From the NCBI GenBank assembly GCA_944372055.1, contig CALVYF010000001.1, positions 54,384 through 118,383 of the forward strand: 64,000 bases of DNA, read 5' to 3'. A program made the translations under genes and the position numbers. The DNA comes from an uncultured Bacilli bacterium (GTDB taxonomy: Bacteria; Bacillota_I; Bacilli_A; RF39; UBA660). Under the pieces are notes generated by a model. That model was not told the DNA's origin. It searched no databases and saw only the letters and a program-made list of their open reading frames with translations. Positions 45,023 to 54,966 of the stretch are shown here, in pieces (the first letter of the stretch is position 1; each line of letters opens with the position of its first letter).

Positions 45023-46066
45023 TTAATTATCCTTTTCTTTTTTTAGTTTTTCCGCATCCCCCAAGTCAATATCATAATACTCACGAACTTTTTTCTCAAT
45101 TTCTTGACATAATTCAGAATTATCCTTAAGAAGTAATTTAACATTTTCCTTTCCCTGTCCAAGCTTTTCTCCTTGATAAGAATACCAAGCTCCCGTTTTT
45201 TCAACTACGCCAGCCTCTACTCCTAAATCAATAACTTCTCCTTCATGAGAAACACCTTCACCATACATAATATCAACAGTAGCAGTTTTAAATGGTGGAG
45301 CAACCTTATTCTTAACAACTTTTATCGTAGTTTTATTACCAACAACCCCATCTCCCATTTTTAACTGTTCGTTGCGGCGAATATCAAGACGAATCGTAGA
45401 ATAAAACTTAAGTGCACGTCCTCCCGGAGTAGTCTCAGGATTACCAAACATAACACCAACTTTTTCACGCAATTGATTAATAAATATAGCAATCGTATTC
45501 GTTTTATTAATCGTACCAGAAAGTTTTCTTAATGCTTGAGACATTAAACGTGCTTGAAGTCCAACATGAGAGTCCCCCATTTCTCCATCAATTTCAGCCT
45601 GTGGCACTAAAGCAGCAACAGAATCAATAACAACAATACTAATTGCTTGACTACGAACTAAAGCTTCGCAAATTTCAAGTGCCTGTTCTCCAGTATCTGG
45701 TTGAGATAGTAACAACTCATCCACATTAACTCCTAAGCGTTCAGCATATACTGGATCCAAAGCATGTTCAGCATCGATAAAAGCTGCTCTTCCACCTGTC
45801 TTTTGTACTTCAGCAATAGCCTGAAGTGCAAAAGTAGTCTTACCACTAGACTCAGGACCATATATTTCAATAATTCTTCCTCTAGGATAACCACCTACTC
45901 CCAAGGCAATATCCAAAGATAAACAACCGCTAGAAACAACATCAACCTTCATATGTTTACTGTCACCAAGCTTCATAATAGACCCTTTACCAAATTGTTT
46001 TTCTATATCATTTAATACTTGTTCCAAAGCTTTATCTTTTGAAGCTTCTTTACTTACACTTTTCAT
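45023..46066 (-). CDS. recA: recombinase RecA
   Basis: ...[16 protein letters not shown]... Walker A and high overall RecA identity. Likely start MKSVSKE... at 46066. Confidence 0.95.
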   Translation of the reverse strand: MKSVSKEASKDKALEQVLNDIEKQFGKGSIMKLGDSKHMKVDVVSSGCLSLDIALGVGGYPRGRIIEIYGPESSGKTTFALQAIAEVQKTGGRAAFIDAEHALDPVYAERLGVNVDELLLSQPDTGEQALEICEALVRSQAISIVVIDSVAALVPQAEIDGEMGDSHVGLQARLMSQALRKLSGTINKTNTIAIFINQLREKVGVMFGNPETTPGGRALKFYSTIRLDIRRNEQLKMGDGVVGNKTTIKVVKNKVAPPFKTATVDIMYGEGVSHEGEVIDLGVEAGVVEKTGAWYSYQGEKLGQGKENVKLLLKDNSELCQEIEKKVREYYDIDLGDAEKLKKEKDN

Positions 46067-46222
46067 AATTCCTCCTATTAATAACAAAAGTATTTACAAA
46101 CTAATTATATAATAAAAAAAAAGAAAAAGCAACATCTTTTTCGAACAATTGTTTTATACATAAATTTTTGCTCAAAAATAAAATTTTCCCTAATCGAATA
46201 GAGAAAATTTATTCTTATTTTA

Positions 46223-46828
46223 TTATGAATTTACTTTTTCTTCTTTTCCAAATATCAATGCTTTATTCATATTGAAATATTGAATAGCAGAAACAATAGA
46301 TAAAATTGTTGCTATATAAAGTAGAATCTGTGCAACACTAATATTAATAAATTCAAATGGAACATTATAAAAGAAAACTAATGTTGTACCTACCATCAAT
46401 GTAGCAGTCTTTAACTTTCCAGATCCGATAGCGGCAACTACTCTTCCACGTCCTGCTGCTTCCATCTTAATTGCATTAACTACAATGTCACGAAGAACTA
46501 CAATAACTGGAATAATAGCAGAAATCATATTTTGACCAGCTAAAATAATTAAAACACTATTTACTAAAGCTTTATCAGCAATAGCATCTAACATCTTACC
46601 AGTATTAGTAACCTGATTATTTTTTCTAGCTAAATAACCATCTACAAAATCTGTAAGGCTAGCAACAATAAAGATTACTCCAGCGATAATATATTGTAGT
46701 GATATCCCACCTAACACATTATAAGTTGGAAATTGTACTCCTACATCATAAAAAGGAAAACATAATAAAATAATAAGAACTACAGTTAATACAAGACGAA
46801 GAACTGTAATTTTAGTAGGTAAATTCAT
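46223..46828 (-). CDS. pgsA: CDP-diacylglycerol--glycerol-3-phosphate 3-phosphatidyltransferase
   Basis: CDP-alcohol phosphatidyltransferase motif D-x2-DG-x2-AR...G-x3-D-x3-D (DFVDGYLARK...GKMLDAIADK). Confidence 0.85.
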   Translation of the reverse strand: MNLPTKITVLRLVLTVVLIILLCFPFYDVGVQFPTYNVLGGISLQYIIAGVIFIVASLTDFVDGYLARKNNQVTNTGKMLDAIADKALVNSVLIILAGQNMISAIIPVIVVLRDIVVNAIKMEAAGRGRVVAAIGSGKLKTATLMVGTTLVFFYNVPFEFINISVAQILLYIATILSIVSAIQYFNMNKALIFGKEEKVNS

Positions 46829-47309
46829 TTACATACTCCTCCCTTACCTTTGGCATTAACTCTGTATCAACAACAGGCGCTTTATTAATTGTACTTACAA
46901 TTGCATAGATAACAATAAATAGAAAAACAACAGCAATAGGAATAAACATAAAAGGCCAAATAGGAAGTTTCTTCTTATGTTCAATTGTATAAGGTGATTT
47001 AACTTTCTTTTCCCCTTTTTCTTCCAATTTACGCTGTGCCTCTCTAATATCATCTAAAGAAATTTTGGATGTATGTTCAAATAAAAAACCGTTGAATTCA
47101 TCCACAACTTTTTCTGGTTCTAACCCTAAATACTTAGCATAATGACGCACATATTGCTTTAAACTATAAACATCTTTAAAAGCACGTACGTTACCACTCT
47201 CTATATTTTCAAGTTGAGATGTAGAAAGTTCTAAATCTTCAGCAGCTTCTTCCATACTAACACCATTACTAATTCTAGTATGCTTTAAATACTCTCCTAG
47301 TTCTTTCAC
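46812..47309 (-). CDS. HTH (XRE-type) membrane protein, RodZ/YmfM-like
   Basis: N-terminal HTH (...SMEEAAEDLELSTSQLENIESG...), one TM helix and a short C-terminus. ymfM(rodZ)-pgsA-recA order as in Bacillus. Confidence 0.5.
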   Translation of the reverse strand: MKELGEYLKHTRISNGVSMEEAAEDLELSTSQLENIESGNVRAFKDVYSLKQYVRHYAKYLGLEPEKVVDEFNGFLFEHTSKISLDDIREAQRKLEEKGEKKVKSPYTIEHKKKLPIWPFMFIPIAVVFLFIVIYAIVSTINKAPVVDTELMPKVREEYVNEFTY

Positions 47310-47334
47310 AGAAACACCTCACAATAATAACAAA

Positions 47335-47672
47335 AAATATAAATAAGCCATGTTCTGTTCCTGTTTCCAGGCGACAAACATTTATCTACCATCACTGGTC
47401 CTTAACTTCGTTCGTTTCCTCTGTTAAAGCTCTCCTACCAAATTTGGATTTCTCACTCGCGGGGTTTACCACGTTTCACTCTTTCGTTTCCAAAAGCATC
47501 GTCTCTGTGGCACTTTATGGAATAAATCATATCCTAAGACTTAGATCATATCCGCCGTTAGCAAATAGCTACCCTAGGTTATTTTTTCCCTAGGCACGAA
47601 CACTACAATCATCACAGACTGTATGAGCATGGACTTTCCTCTAATATAAAAATATCAGCGTTTGTCTATATA
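47335..47672 (-). ncRNA. rnpB: RNase P RNA, bacterial type B
   Basis: GC-enriched island. The minus-strand RNA contains AGAGGAAAGUCCAUGCUC (P4), GUAGUGUUCGUGCCUAG, AAAGUGCCACAGAGACGA, CGUGGUAAACCCCGCGAGUGAGAAAUCCAAAUUUGGUAGG and ...GGAACAGAACAUGGCUUA. All these blocks match B. subtilis rnpB nearly identically. P2 pairing GACAAAC/GUUUGUC is present. Lies directly downstream of gpsB as in Bacillus. Confidence 0.85.
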
Positions 47673-48014
47673 TTAATTGTCATTATCTTTATTAGTACCA
47701 TATACCATTTTTTCAAGTTGAGAAAGACGTCTTAAAATATCTAAATTAGTAACCTCAGGAACCTCTACATTACTACGAGCAACTTCCATACTCATTTTTG
47801 AATTCCGAAGTTCTTGCTTTAAGCTCATAATCTCACCCAATAAATCAGCTTTTTCTTTCTCTAAATTATTAATGATATTTAAGAACTGTTCATAGTCTCC
47901 AATGATAATATCAAGAAACTGGTCCACTTCTTTTAATCGGTATCCACGAGTATCAATTTTAAACTCTTTTTCCAAAATATCTTGCGGCATAAGTGTAATC
48001 TTATTCTGATACAT
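47673..48014 (-). CDS. gpsB: cell-cycle protein GpsB (DivIVA-domain)
   Basis: ...KITLMPQDILEKEFKIDTRGYRLKEVDQFLDII..DYEQ... matches the GpsB/DivIVA N-terminal domain. 113 aa. Confidence 0.75.
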   Translation of the reverse strand: MYQNKITLMPQDILEKEFKIDTRGYRLKEVDQFLDIIIGDYEQFLNIINNLEKEKADLLGEIMSLKQELRNSKMSMEVARSNVEVPEVTNLDILRRLSQLEKMVYGTNKDNDN

Positions 48015-48334
48015 GTTATCACCAATCCCTTACAGTAATATTATGTCATTGATTAAGGGTTTTGTCAATTAGATAACCTCTGTTTTATAAAAGAGCATAA
48101 AAGGTCTGATTTTGCTATTCTAGTCTTACTAGAAAGCATATTAAAAATCTGTATTGCCTGAAAACTATTCATAGTATCACCAAAAAAATAATACTAAAAA
48201 AAAAGAAAATTTTCACACACTTCGACAAAGCATCCTAAAATTAGACAAATAAATTTTAGAAAAGTTATGACTTTATGATGCAAAATTATAGAAAAATTAT
48301 AAAACATATAGTATAATACAAAATAGGTGATGAG

Positions 48335-48904
48335 ATGAACTATCCAAATGGAATCAAGAAGCAAAATATGCAATCCCCTATCACATATAGAAACCGAGGA
48401 ATGTCATTAGAAAGCGATCTTAACGAATCCAATGAATATTATAGAGAAATAGATAAAGCATATATATATAAAAAACCAACACCAGTAAAGATTGTAAAAG
48501 TAAACTATCCATCACGTGATAAAGCGGTAATTACAGAGGCTTACTACACAATTCCATCAACTACTGACTATAATGGTTTATACAAAGGAAAATACATTGA
48601 CTTTGAAGCAAAAGAAACAAAAAACAAAACAGCTTTTCCTCTAGCTAATATTCACTCTCACCAAATAAAGCATATAAAAAATATATATAACCATCAAGGA
48701 ATAGTTTTCTTAATTGTAAGATTCATTCATTATAATGAAACATATTTATTATTAGGAAAAGATTTTTTAGAATTTATAGAAAAAGAAAACAGAAAATCAA
48801 TTCCTTATTCTTTTTTTCAAAAAAAAGGATATTTAATCAAAGATGGTTATAGACCGAGAATCGACTATTTAAGTATAGTAGATACTATAATTGGAGGTAT
48901 ATAA
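48335..48904 (+). CDS. recU: Holliday junction resolvase RecU
   Basis: ...GLYKGKYIDFEAKETKNKTAFPLANIHSHQIKH... matches the RecU catalytic region. Upstream of, and overlapping, ponA as in Bacillus. Confidence 0.85.
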   Translation: MNYPNGIKKQNMQSPITYRNRGMSLESDLNESNEYYREIDKAYIYKKPTPVKIVKVNYPSRDKAVITEAYYTIPSTTDYNGLYKGKYIDFEAKETKNKTAFPLANIHSHQIKHIKNIYNHQGIVFLIVRFIHYNETYLLLGKDFLEFIEKENRKSIPYSFFQKKGYLIKDGYRPRIDYLSIVDTIIGGI

Positions 48905-51680
48905 AATGCAGAAAAAAGTAATAAAAAGGAAAAGTGCCCCAAAACAAAGACGAAGTAAAAGTAATAGTGGAAGCACAAAAGAATACAGCATAAAAAGAAA
49001 ACCTCAAACATCATCCAAAGCTAAAAATGAAAATATAAATGTTCAAATAGCTTGTTGGATTGGTTTTGTAGCATTACTATTGCTATGCTATTTAAAACTA
49101 GGGTTAATTTTTACATTAATTACTGCTGTAGGAATTGGAATTATTGTAGGAGTAGCGCACTTACTACGAAAAGCTAAAAATGATAAGAAAAAGAAAAAAA
49201 TTATTAATATTATTCTAATAATTATCTTAGGACTAGGTATTTTATGTTTAGCCTTATTTGCTGCATTCTTAGTCTATATCACAGTTACAGCACCTGAATT
49301 TGATGCTAAAAGGCTAGATAAAAAAGAAATGAGCTTATTCTATGACAAAGACGAAAAGAAATATGCGGAATCAGGAGACGAAAGAAGAGAAAAAATTTCA
49401 TACGAAGAGCTTCCACAAGTGTTTGTAGATGCCCTTGTCGCAACAGAAGATTCAAGGTTCTTCGAACATAATGGATTCGATGCACCAAGATTCCTAAAAG
49501 CAAGTATGGGACAATTGTTAGGAAATTCCGATGCTGGTGGAGCATCAACAATTTCAATGCAAGTAATAAAAAATACAATGACATCAAAAACCGATAGCGG
49601 AATCAAAGGTATTATTCGTAAATTTACAGATATCTATTTAGCCATATTTAAACTAGAAAAAAATTATACCAAAGAACAAATTATTGAATTCTATGTAAAT
49701 AATCATGGACTTGGTGGTATGGTGTATGGAGTAGAAGAAGCTGCTCAAACATACTTTGGAAAAAGTGCAAGCGACCTAAACTTAAGTGAAGCCGCAACAT
49801 TAGCTGGTATGTTCCAAGCACCTACTTACTATAAACCAGATGTTAATCCTGAAAATGCCGAAAAAAGACGTTCTACGGTACTATATTTAATGGTAAGACA
49901 TGGATATATCACCCAAGAAGAAGCAGACATAGCAAATAGTATTCCAGTAGAAGATTTGATAGTAGAGCAAGCAGCATCTTCTGACCCATACCAAGGATAT
50001 CTTGATACAGTAATAAGTGAGCTTGAAGATAAATACAACATTGATCCAAGTAAAACACCTGTAGAAGTTTATACAAACCTAGATAGAAGTAAACAAGAAG
50101 CCGTAAACTCTGTCATGAATGGAGAAACCTATACATGGATTGATGATAAAGTTCAAGCAGGTGTTACTGTTCTAGACTCAGAAACCGGTAAAGTTTTAGC
50201 AATCGGAGCTGGTAGAAATCGTATTGCTGGAGATTGGAACTTTGCAGTAGATAATAAACGTCAACCAGGATCAACTGCAAAACCATTATTCGATTACGGT
50301 CCAGGAATCGAATATAATAACTGGTCTACTTATCAATTATTTGATGATTCTCCATATACATATACAGGAGGCCGTCCAATTAAAAACTGGGATAATGGAT
50401 ACTTTGGAACAATTACTTTAAGACGAGCTTTATCAGCATCACGTAATATCCCAGCATTAAAAGCATTCCAACAAGTAGATAATAATAAAATTAAAGAATT
50501 TGTTACAAACTTAGGTATTACTCCAGAAATTTGTAACAGTGGATATGAATATGATAAAGAAAAAGATGTTTGTATAAATCCAAAGAACAAAACAGATACT
50601 CATAAACCTAACAAAATTCACGAAGCTCATTCTATTGGTGCCTTTAGCCCAGGAGTTTCATCAATGGAAATGGCCGGAGCTTATGCAGCATTCTCTAATG
50701 GCGGATATTATAATGAGCCACATACAATCGAAAAGATTGTATTCCGCGATACGGGAGAAGTAATCGAGTTTGATGGAGAAAAGAAAAAAGTTATGTCTGA
50801 TGCCACTGCATTTATGATATCAGATGTATTACAAGATGTTGCTTTAACTGGTGGCACTCCAACAAATGTTGCTGCTAAAACCGGTACTACAAACTACGAT
50901 TCAGAATACATGGAAAAACATAACCTACCAGGAGATGCAATCAGAGATTCCTGGGTAGTAGGATATTCTACGAAAACAGTTATTGCATTATGGTATGGAT
51001 ATCAGAACAACGATACCACTGGACGCTATGTATTACACAATGTACCAGCAACAATCCAAAAAGATAGAATATTTAATGCCTTAGTAAAAGCTGGAGCCAT
51101 GGAATCAAATAGAGAAGCATTTAAACAACCTTCAAGTGTTGTAAAACTTGGAATCATCTCTGGTTCTAACCCACCTATCGTAGCTGGAAGTGGCTATACT
51201 GGAAGTGTAGTATATGAATACTTCAAAAAAGGACATGAACCAGAGGAAACAGATCTTTCAAGTATAAAATTAGGAAAACCTGGAAATTTAAAAGTATCTT
51301 ATGATGAAAGCAGCAACAAAGTAACGTTGTCATGGTCTGCAGTAGACCCTGGTGATAATAAAAATCTAGGAACATTTGGATATAATGTATATATAGGATC
51401 AACATTAATTGCTTTCACTGAAAATACAAGTTATACTTATACATTAAGTGGTTCTTCTTCTCCATATGGAACATACAAAGTTGTCGCAACATTCAAAGGA
51501 TATAGTGGAGTGCAAGGAACCCCTGCTACCTACACATTAGAAGAACCAGAAGAAGAAGAAGAAATAGATCCATATGAAGAAGAGAAAAAACAATGTGTTG
51601 CTAACGGCGATACTTGGGACAGTACAACTAATACTTGTACACCATCAATTGAGGGTGGAGAAACTCCAGTTACTCCATAA
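48891..51680 (+). CDS. ponA: class A penicillin-binding protein 1A (transglycosylase/transpeptidase) with C-terminal fibronectin-III-like domain
   Basis: GT51 motifs (…EDSRFFEHNGFD…), TPase SxxK (…GSTAKP…), SxN and KTGT motifs. C-terminal region ...LSWSAVDPGDNKNLGTFGYNVYIGS... and an acidic EEPEEEEEIDPYEEE segment. Confidence 0.9.
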   Translation: MEVYKMQKKVIKRKSAPKQRRSKSNSGSTKEYSIKRKPQTSSKAKNENINVQIACWIGFVALLLLCYLKLGLIFTLITAVGIGIIVGVAHLLRKAKNDKKKKKIINIILIIILGLGILCLALFAAFLVYITVTAPEFDAKRLDKKEMSLFYDKDEKKYAESGDERREKISYEELPQVFVDALVATEDSRFFEHNGFDAPRFLKASMGQLLGNSDAGGASTISMQVIKNTMTSKTDSGIKGIIRKFTDIYLAIFKLEKNYTKEQIIEFYVNNHGLGGMVYGVEEAAQTYFGKSASDLNLSEAATLAGMFQAPTYYKPDVNPENAEKRRSTVLYLMVRHGYITQEEADIANSIPVEDLIVEQAASSDPYQGYLDTVISELEDKYNIDPSKTPVEVYTNLDRSKQEAVNSVMNGETYTWIDDKVQAGVTVLDSETGKVLAIGAGRNRIAGDWNFAVDNKRQPGSTAKPLFDYGPGIEYNNWSTYQLFDDSPYTYTGGRPIKNWDNGYFGTITLRRALSASRNIPALKAFQQVDNNKIKEFVTNLGITPEICNSGYEYDKEKDVCINPKNKTDTHKPNKIHEAHSIGAFSPGVSSMEMAGAYAAFSNGGYYNEPHTIEKIVFRDTGEVIEFDGEKKKVMSDATAFMISDVLQDVALTGGTPTNVAAKTGTTNYDSEYMEKHNLPGDAIRDSWVVGYSTKTVIALWYGYQNNDTTGRYVLHNVPATIQKDRIFNALVKAGAMESNREAFKQPSSVVKLGIISGSNPPIVAGSGYTGSVVYEYFKKGHEPEETDLSSIKLGKPGNLKVSYDESSNKVTLSWSAVDPGDNKNLGTFGYNVYIGSTLIAFTENTSYTYTLSGSSSPYGTYKVVATFKGYSGVQGTPATYTLEEPEEEEEIDPYEEEKKQCVANGDTWDSTTNTCTPSIEGGETPVTP

Positions 51681-51690
51681 AAAAGAAGAA

Positions 51691-52314
51691 TCAATCCAGA
51701 TTCTTCTTTTTTTCACGACAAAATTCTTTTAAAGGACAATCCTTACATAAAGGTTTAACTGCTTTACAATAATATCTTCCAAAAAGGACCATTTGCAAAT
51801 GAAACTTTGCCCATCTGTCCTTAGGAACTTTCTTCATAAGCTTTCTTTCCACATCCAAAACAGAATCATTCAAATAAGCGAGTTTTAAACGCTTAGAAAC
51901 GCGTTCAACATGTGTATCAACAGCAATAGCAGGAACTCCATAAAACTCACCTAAAAACACATTTACAGTCTTTCTACCTACCCCAGGAAAGCTCTCAAGC
52001 ACTTCTCTATCGATAGGAACCACTCCATCAAATTCATCGACTAATCTAGTCGCAATCCCTTTTAAAAAAGCAGCTTTCTTTCTAAAAGAACCTACTGGTC
52101 GAATAATTTCTTCTAAATCAGAAAGATTTGCCTTTTTCAAATCCTCTAAAGTCGGATATTTTGAAAAAATAATCGGAGTAACAGAGTTTACTCTTTTATC
52201 GGTAGATTGAGCACTAAGAACAACAGCCATCAACAATTGATAATCCTTTTGATAAATAAGTTCACACTTAGGATTAGGAAACAAATAATCTAAATAACCC
52301 AAAAGTTTATTCAT
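51691..52314 (-). CDS. nth: endonuclease III
   Basis: HhH-GPD domain (…PGVGRKTVNVFL…) and a C-terminal 4Fe-4S Cys cluster (CKAVKPLCKDCPLKEFC). Start uncertain; MNKLLGYLD... at about 52314. Confidence 0.85.
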   Translation of the reverse strand: MNKLLGYLDYLFPNPKCELIYQKDYQLLMAVVLSAQSTDKRVNSVTPIIFSKYPTLEDLKKANLSDLEEIIRPVGSFRKKAAFLKGIATRLVDEFDGVVPIDREVLESFPGVGRKTVNVFLGEFYGVPAIAVDTHVERVSKRLKLAYLNDSVLDVERKLMKKVPKDRWAKFHLQMVLFGRYYCKAVKPLCKDCPLKEFCREKKKNLD

Positions 52315-52987
52315 CATCGTCATCAAACCAGTCCCAATCAACAATATCTAAATCAACATTACTATCCGCCTCTTCTTCCCTACGTTGTGCTCTTTTCTTC
52401 CGATGATTTTCTACATCCTTAACCGTTTTAATTCCTAATTTCCCCCATTCATATAATATTTTATCAATATACCTTAAGTTAGATACCCCATTAAATGTTG
52501 CTTCTTTAATAGCTTCCTTAATTAATGCTTCATCCATATCATTATCTAACCATGCCTTAATAATTTCATATTCAATTGGACTAAGCGTTCTACCAAATTC
52601 TTTTTCAATAGTTTCAAAAATATTAGACTGATAATTAGCGCTTTTTTCATTACTATCTTCTACCATAAATAAAGACAATTTTCTATAAAAACCATCTAAT
52701 AGTACAACTTCTTCCATCAAATCTTTTTCATTTTTAATAACTTCCACTTGAATTAATTTTCTATCAGTCAAAGTTCCAATATACTCCATAACCATAGAAG
52801 AATCTAAATCCAACTCTTCAGAATATCTATTAGGATTAAATAAACTCTTATCACCAAGATGATATAAATACATTAAAAACAAAAACTCCTCCATAGTAAG
52901 ATTAAACTTTTTATATTTTCTTAGAAAGTAAAGAGGAATCACTATATTTCCAGCTTTAAACACATCCATAAATTGAGAACCCTTCAC
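52307..52987 (-). CDS. dnaD: DNA replication initiation/membrane attachment protein DnaD
   Basis: ...FGRTLSPIEYEIIKAWLDNDMDEALIKEAIKEATFNGVSNLRYIDKILYEWGKLGIKT... aligns with the B. subtilis DnaD C-terminal domain. Apparent GTG start at 52987, 7 nt after an AAGGAGA RBS. dnaD-nth order as in Bacillus. Confidence 0.75.
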   Translation of the reverse strand: MKGSQFMDVFKAGNIVIPLYFLRKYKKFNLTMEEFLFLMYLYHLGDKSLFNPNRYSEELDLDSSMVMEYIGTLTDRKLIQVEVIKNEKDLMEEVVLLDGFYRKLSLFMVEDSNEKSANYQSNIFETIEKEFGRTLSPIEYEIIKAWLDNDMDEALIKEAIKEATFNGVSNLRYIDKILYEWGKLGIKTVKDVENHRKKRAQRREEEADSNVDLDIVDWDWFDDDDE

Positions 52988-53048
52988 TTTATCATCTCCT
53001 TTAAATAATGACTATATAATATCACAAAATAGCCAAGAAAAAAAGCTC

Positions 53049-54152
53049 CTAATCATTAGAAGCATAATTTTTACGAATATAAGAAAGCAACTTTTCTTTC
53101 TCGTTGGGTAACCTATGGTATAATACCTCTTTTTCAATATCCTCATAGATATCACTAATATATTCCCCAGGCTCTTTTTTCATACAATCAATAATATCTT
53201 CACTAGAAATGTCCAAATCTTGCCTACGCTGAATTACTAAACTATTATAAGATTCCGTAATCTTCTTTTTATCTAAGCCTTTCATTTCACCAGCAACACT
53301 ATTCACATATAAACCATAACGATATAAAGTCATAGGATCATAGTTATTCAATGTCATAACTTTACGAATATCTTTCATCATTTCTTTTTCATTATTAGAA
53401 AAAGGATAATACTCTTCTACATTTAACACACTCCAAATGCCTATTAAACTATCAGTATTTTCAACTTTAGACAAATTTTCCAAATCTAAATACTTATCCA
53501 AGTGATATTCTAACAACATATCAATACCCCGGGGAGCATATCCACTAACAAACATCTTATCCAATTCCTCTTTTTTACGATGATAAGACAATTCTTTTAA
53601 CAATACACGATGTTTTCGTACTGCTTCAACTACTTCAGTATCTAATTGAAAATCAAGCACAGTAGCAAAACGGATAGCTCTAAGAATACGTAATGCATCT
53701 TGCTCAAATCTTTCATCAGCATCACCAACAGTGCGAATAAGTTTACGTTCTAAATCATCTCTTCCACCTAAAAAATCAATAATTTGCCCATCTTCATCAA
53801 TACAGATAGCATTAATTGTAAAATCTCTTCTAAGAAGATCTTGATACAAATCATCAATATATTCTATCTCAATAGGTTTACGATGATTTTCATAGTTAAA
53901 TTCTTTACGAAATGTCGTAATCTCAAAACGGATTCCATATTTATTAACAACTACACTACCGTAATCATCTGTAGGTAAAAATCCATCAGGAAATACCTCT
54001 TTAATTTCCTTAGGTGTAGCATTAGTGCAAACATCAATATCCTGAGATTCTCTACCTAACAAATAATCTCTAACAAACCCTCCTACAAGATAAGCTTTAT
54101 AATTATGTTCTGTAAGCTCTTTAATCAATTTTAATGCATTATCTAACATCAT
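53049..54152 (-). CDS. cca: CCA-adding tRNA nucleotidyltransferase
   Basis: N-terminal ...YLVGGFVRDYLLGR...DID... Pol-beta NTase head motif. 367 aa. Confidence 0.8.
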   Translation of the reverse strand: MMLDNALKLIKELTEHNYKAYLVGGFVRDYLLGRESQDIDVCTNATPKEIKEVFPDGFLPTDDYGSVVVNKYGIRFEITTFRKEFNYENHRKPIEIEYIDDLYQDLLRRDFTINAICIDEDGQIIDFLGGRDDLERKLIRTVGDADERFEQDALRILRAIRFATVLDFQLDTEVVEAVRKHRVLLKELSYHRKKEELDKMFVSGYAPRGIDMLLEYHLDKYLDLENLSKVENTDSLIGIWSVLNVEEYYPFSNNEKEMMKDIRKVMTLNNYDPMTLYRYGLYVNSVAGEMKGLDKKKITESYNSLVIQRRQDLDISSEDIIDCMKKEPGEYISDIYEDIEKEVLYHRLPNEKEKLLSYIRKNYASND

Positions 54153-54205
54153 ATCACCATAAATATTATATCATATTTTTTACTTCTTTAAAATCGAAAA
54201 AAAAA

Positions 54206-54228
54206 TACAACAAAAAAAGAGATGCTAA
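54206..54228 (-). terminator. intrinsic terminator after hup
   Basis: Minus-strand RNA AAAGAGAUGUUUAGCAUCUCUUU followed by UUUUGUUG. Confidence 0.5.
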
Positions 54229-54255
54229 ACATCTCTTTATCAATACATATTAATC

Positions 54256-54528
54256 TTAGTTTACAGCATCTTTTAATGCAGAACCAGCCTTGAAAGTAAC
54301 TGCGTTTCTAGCAGCGATAGTAACTGTTTCACCAGTTCTAGGGTTACGACCTTCACGAGCTGCTCTCTTAGATACATCAAATGTTCCAAATCCAACTAGT
54401 GGTACTTTGTCTCCATTTGCTAAAGCATTAGTGATTACTTTAAAAGTAGCATCAATTGCTCTTGTAGCATCTGCTTTAGTTAATCCTGTTTCTTCAGCAA
54501 CAGCTTCTACTAATTCAACTTTTTTCAT
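54256..54528 (-). CDS. hup: DNA-binding protein HU
   Basis: MKKVELVEAVAEETGLTKADATRAIDA...GFGTFDVSKRAAREGRNPRTGE... is classic HU/HBsu. Start at 54528 after a GGGAGGT RBS. Confidence 0.9.
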   Translation of the reverse strand: MKKVELVEAVAEETGLTKADATRAIDATFKVITNALANGDKVPLVGFGTFDVSKRAAREGRNPRTGETVTIAARNAVTFKAGSALKDAVN

Positions 54529-54625
54529 TAATATATACCTCCCTAACAATATTAATTAAGCACTTTATGCTTACATATTGAATTTACCATGTTTCTATCT
54601 AAATTGCAAGAAATATCAACAAATT

Positions 54626-54964
54626 TTACGCACTTTTACGCAAGGTTTCTTCAATAGCGGTAAGTAATGAAATAATATGACCAATAGCAAAAAAGAAAAG
54701 ACAAACTAAAAAGGATATAAACCAAAAAAACAACATCAAAGAAAAATTAAATTCTGTAGTAGTACAAGTACCATAAAAATTAGAACTAGAACCACAGGCA
54801 GGAAATAAATTTCCTAAGATAATACCAAAGCAAAAGCATACTAAAAATACTACAATAGCAAACTTTTGATAGCCATTAAATTGATAATGAGATACTTCTT
54901 TAGTAATAGTTTTAAGCTTAGGAAGGTCTTCTTTTTCTTTTTCTATTTCTTCAAACATATTCAT
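54626..54964 (-). CDS. small membrane protein, unknown
   Basis: 112 aa with 2-3 hydrophobic helices and no motif. Confidence 0.3.
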   Translation of the reverse strand: MNMFEEIEKEKEDLPKLKTITKEVSHYQFNGYQKFAIVVFLVCFCFGIILGNLFPACGSSSNFYGTCTTTEFNFSLMLFFWFISFLVCLFFFAIGHIISLLTAIEETLRKSA

Positions 54965-54966
54965 CT

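Noticed and set aside
48221-48227. Single TTCGACA (0A-box complement) in the gpsB-recU spacer, and other isolated 7-mers
   Set aside because: A single 7-mer is expected by chance several times in 64 kb of AT-rich DNA. Only the phased triple repeat at 43533-43570 is reported as significant.
49306-51405. Several 60-93-aa ORFs within ponA
   Set aside because: They are antisense to the 929-aa PBP1A gene.
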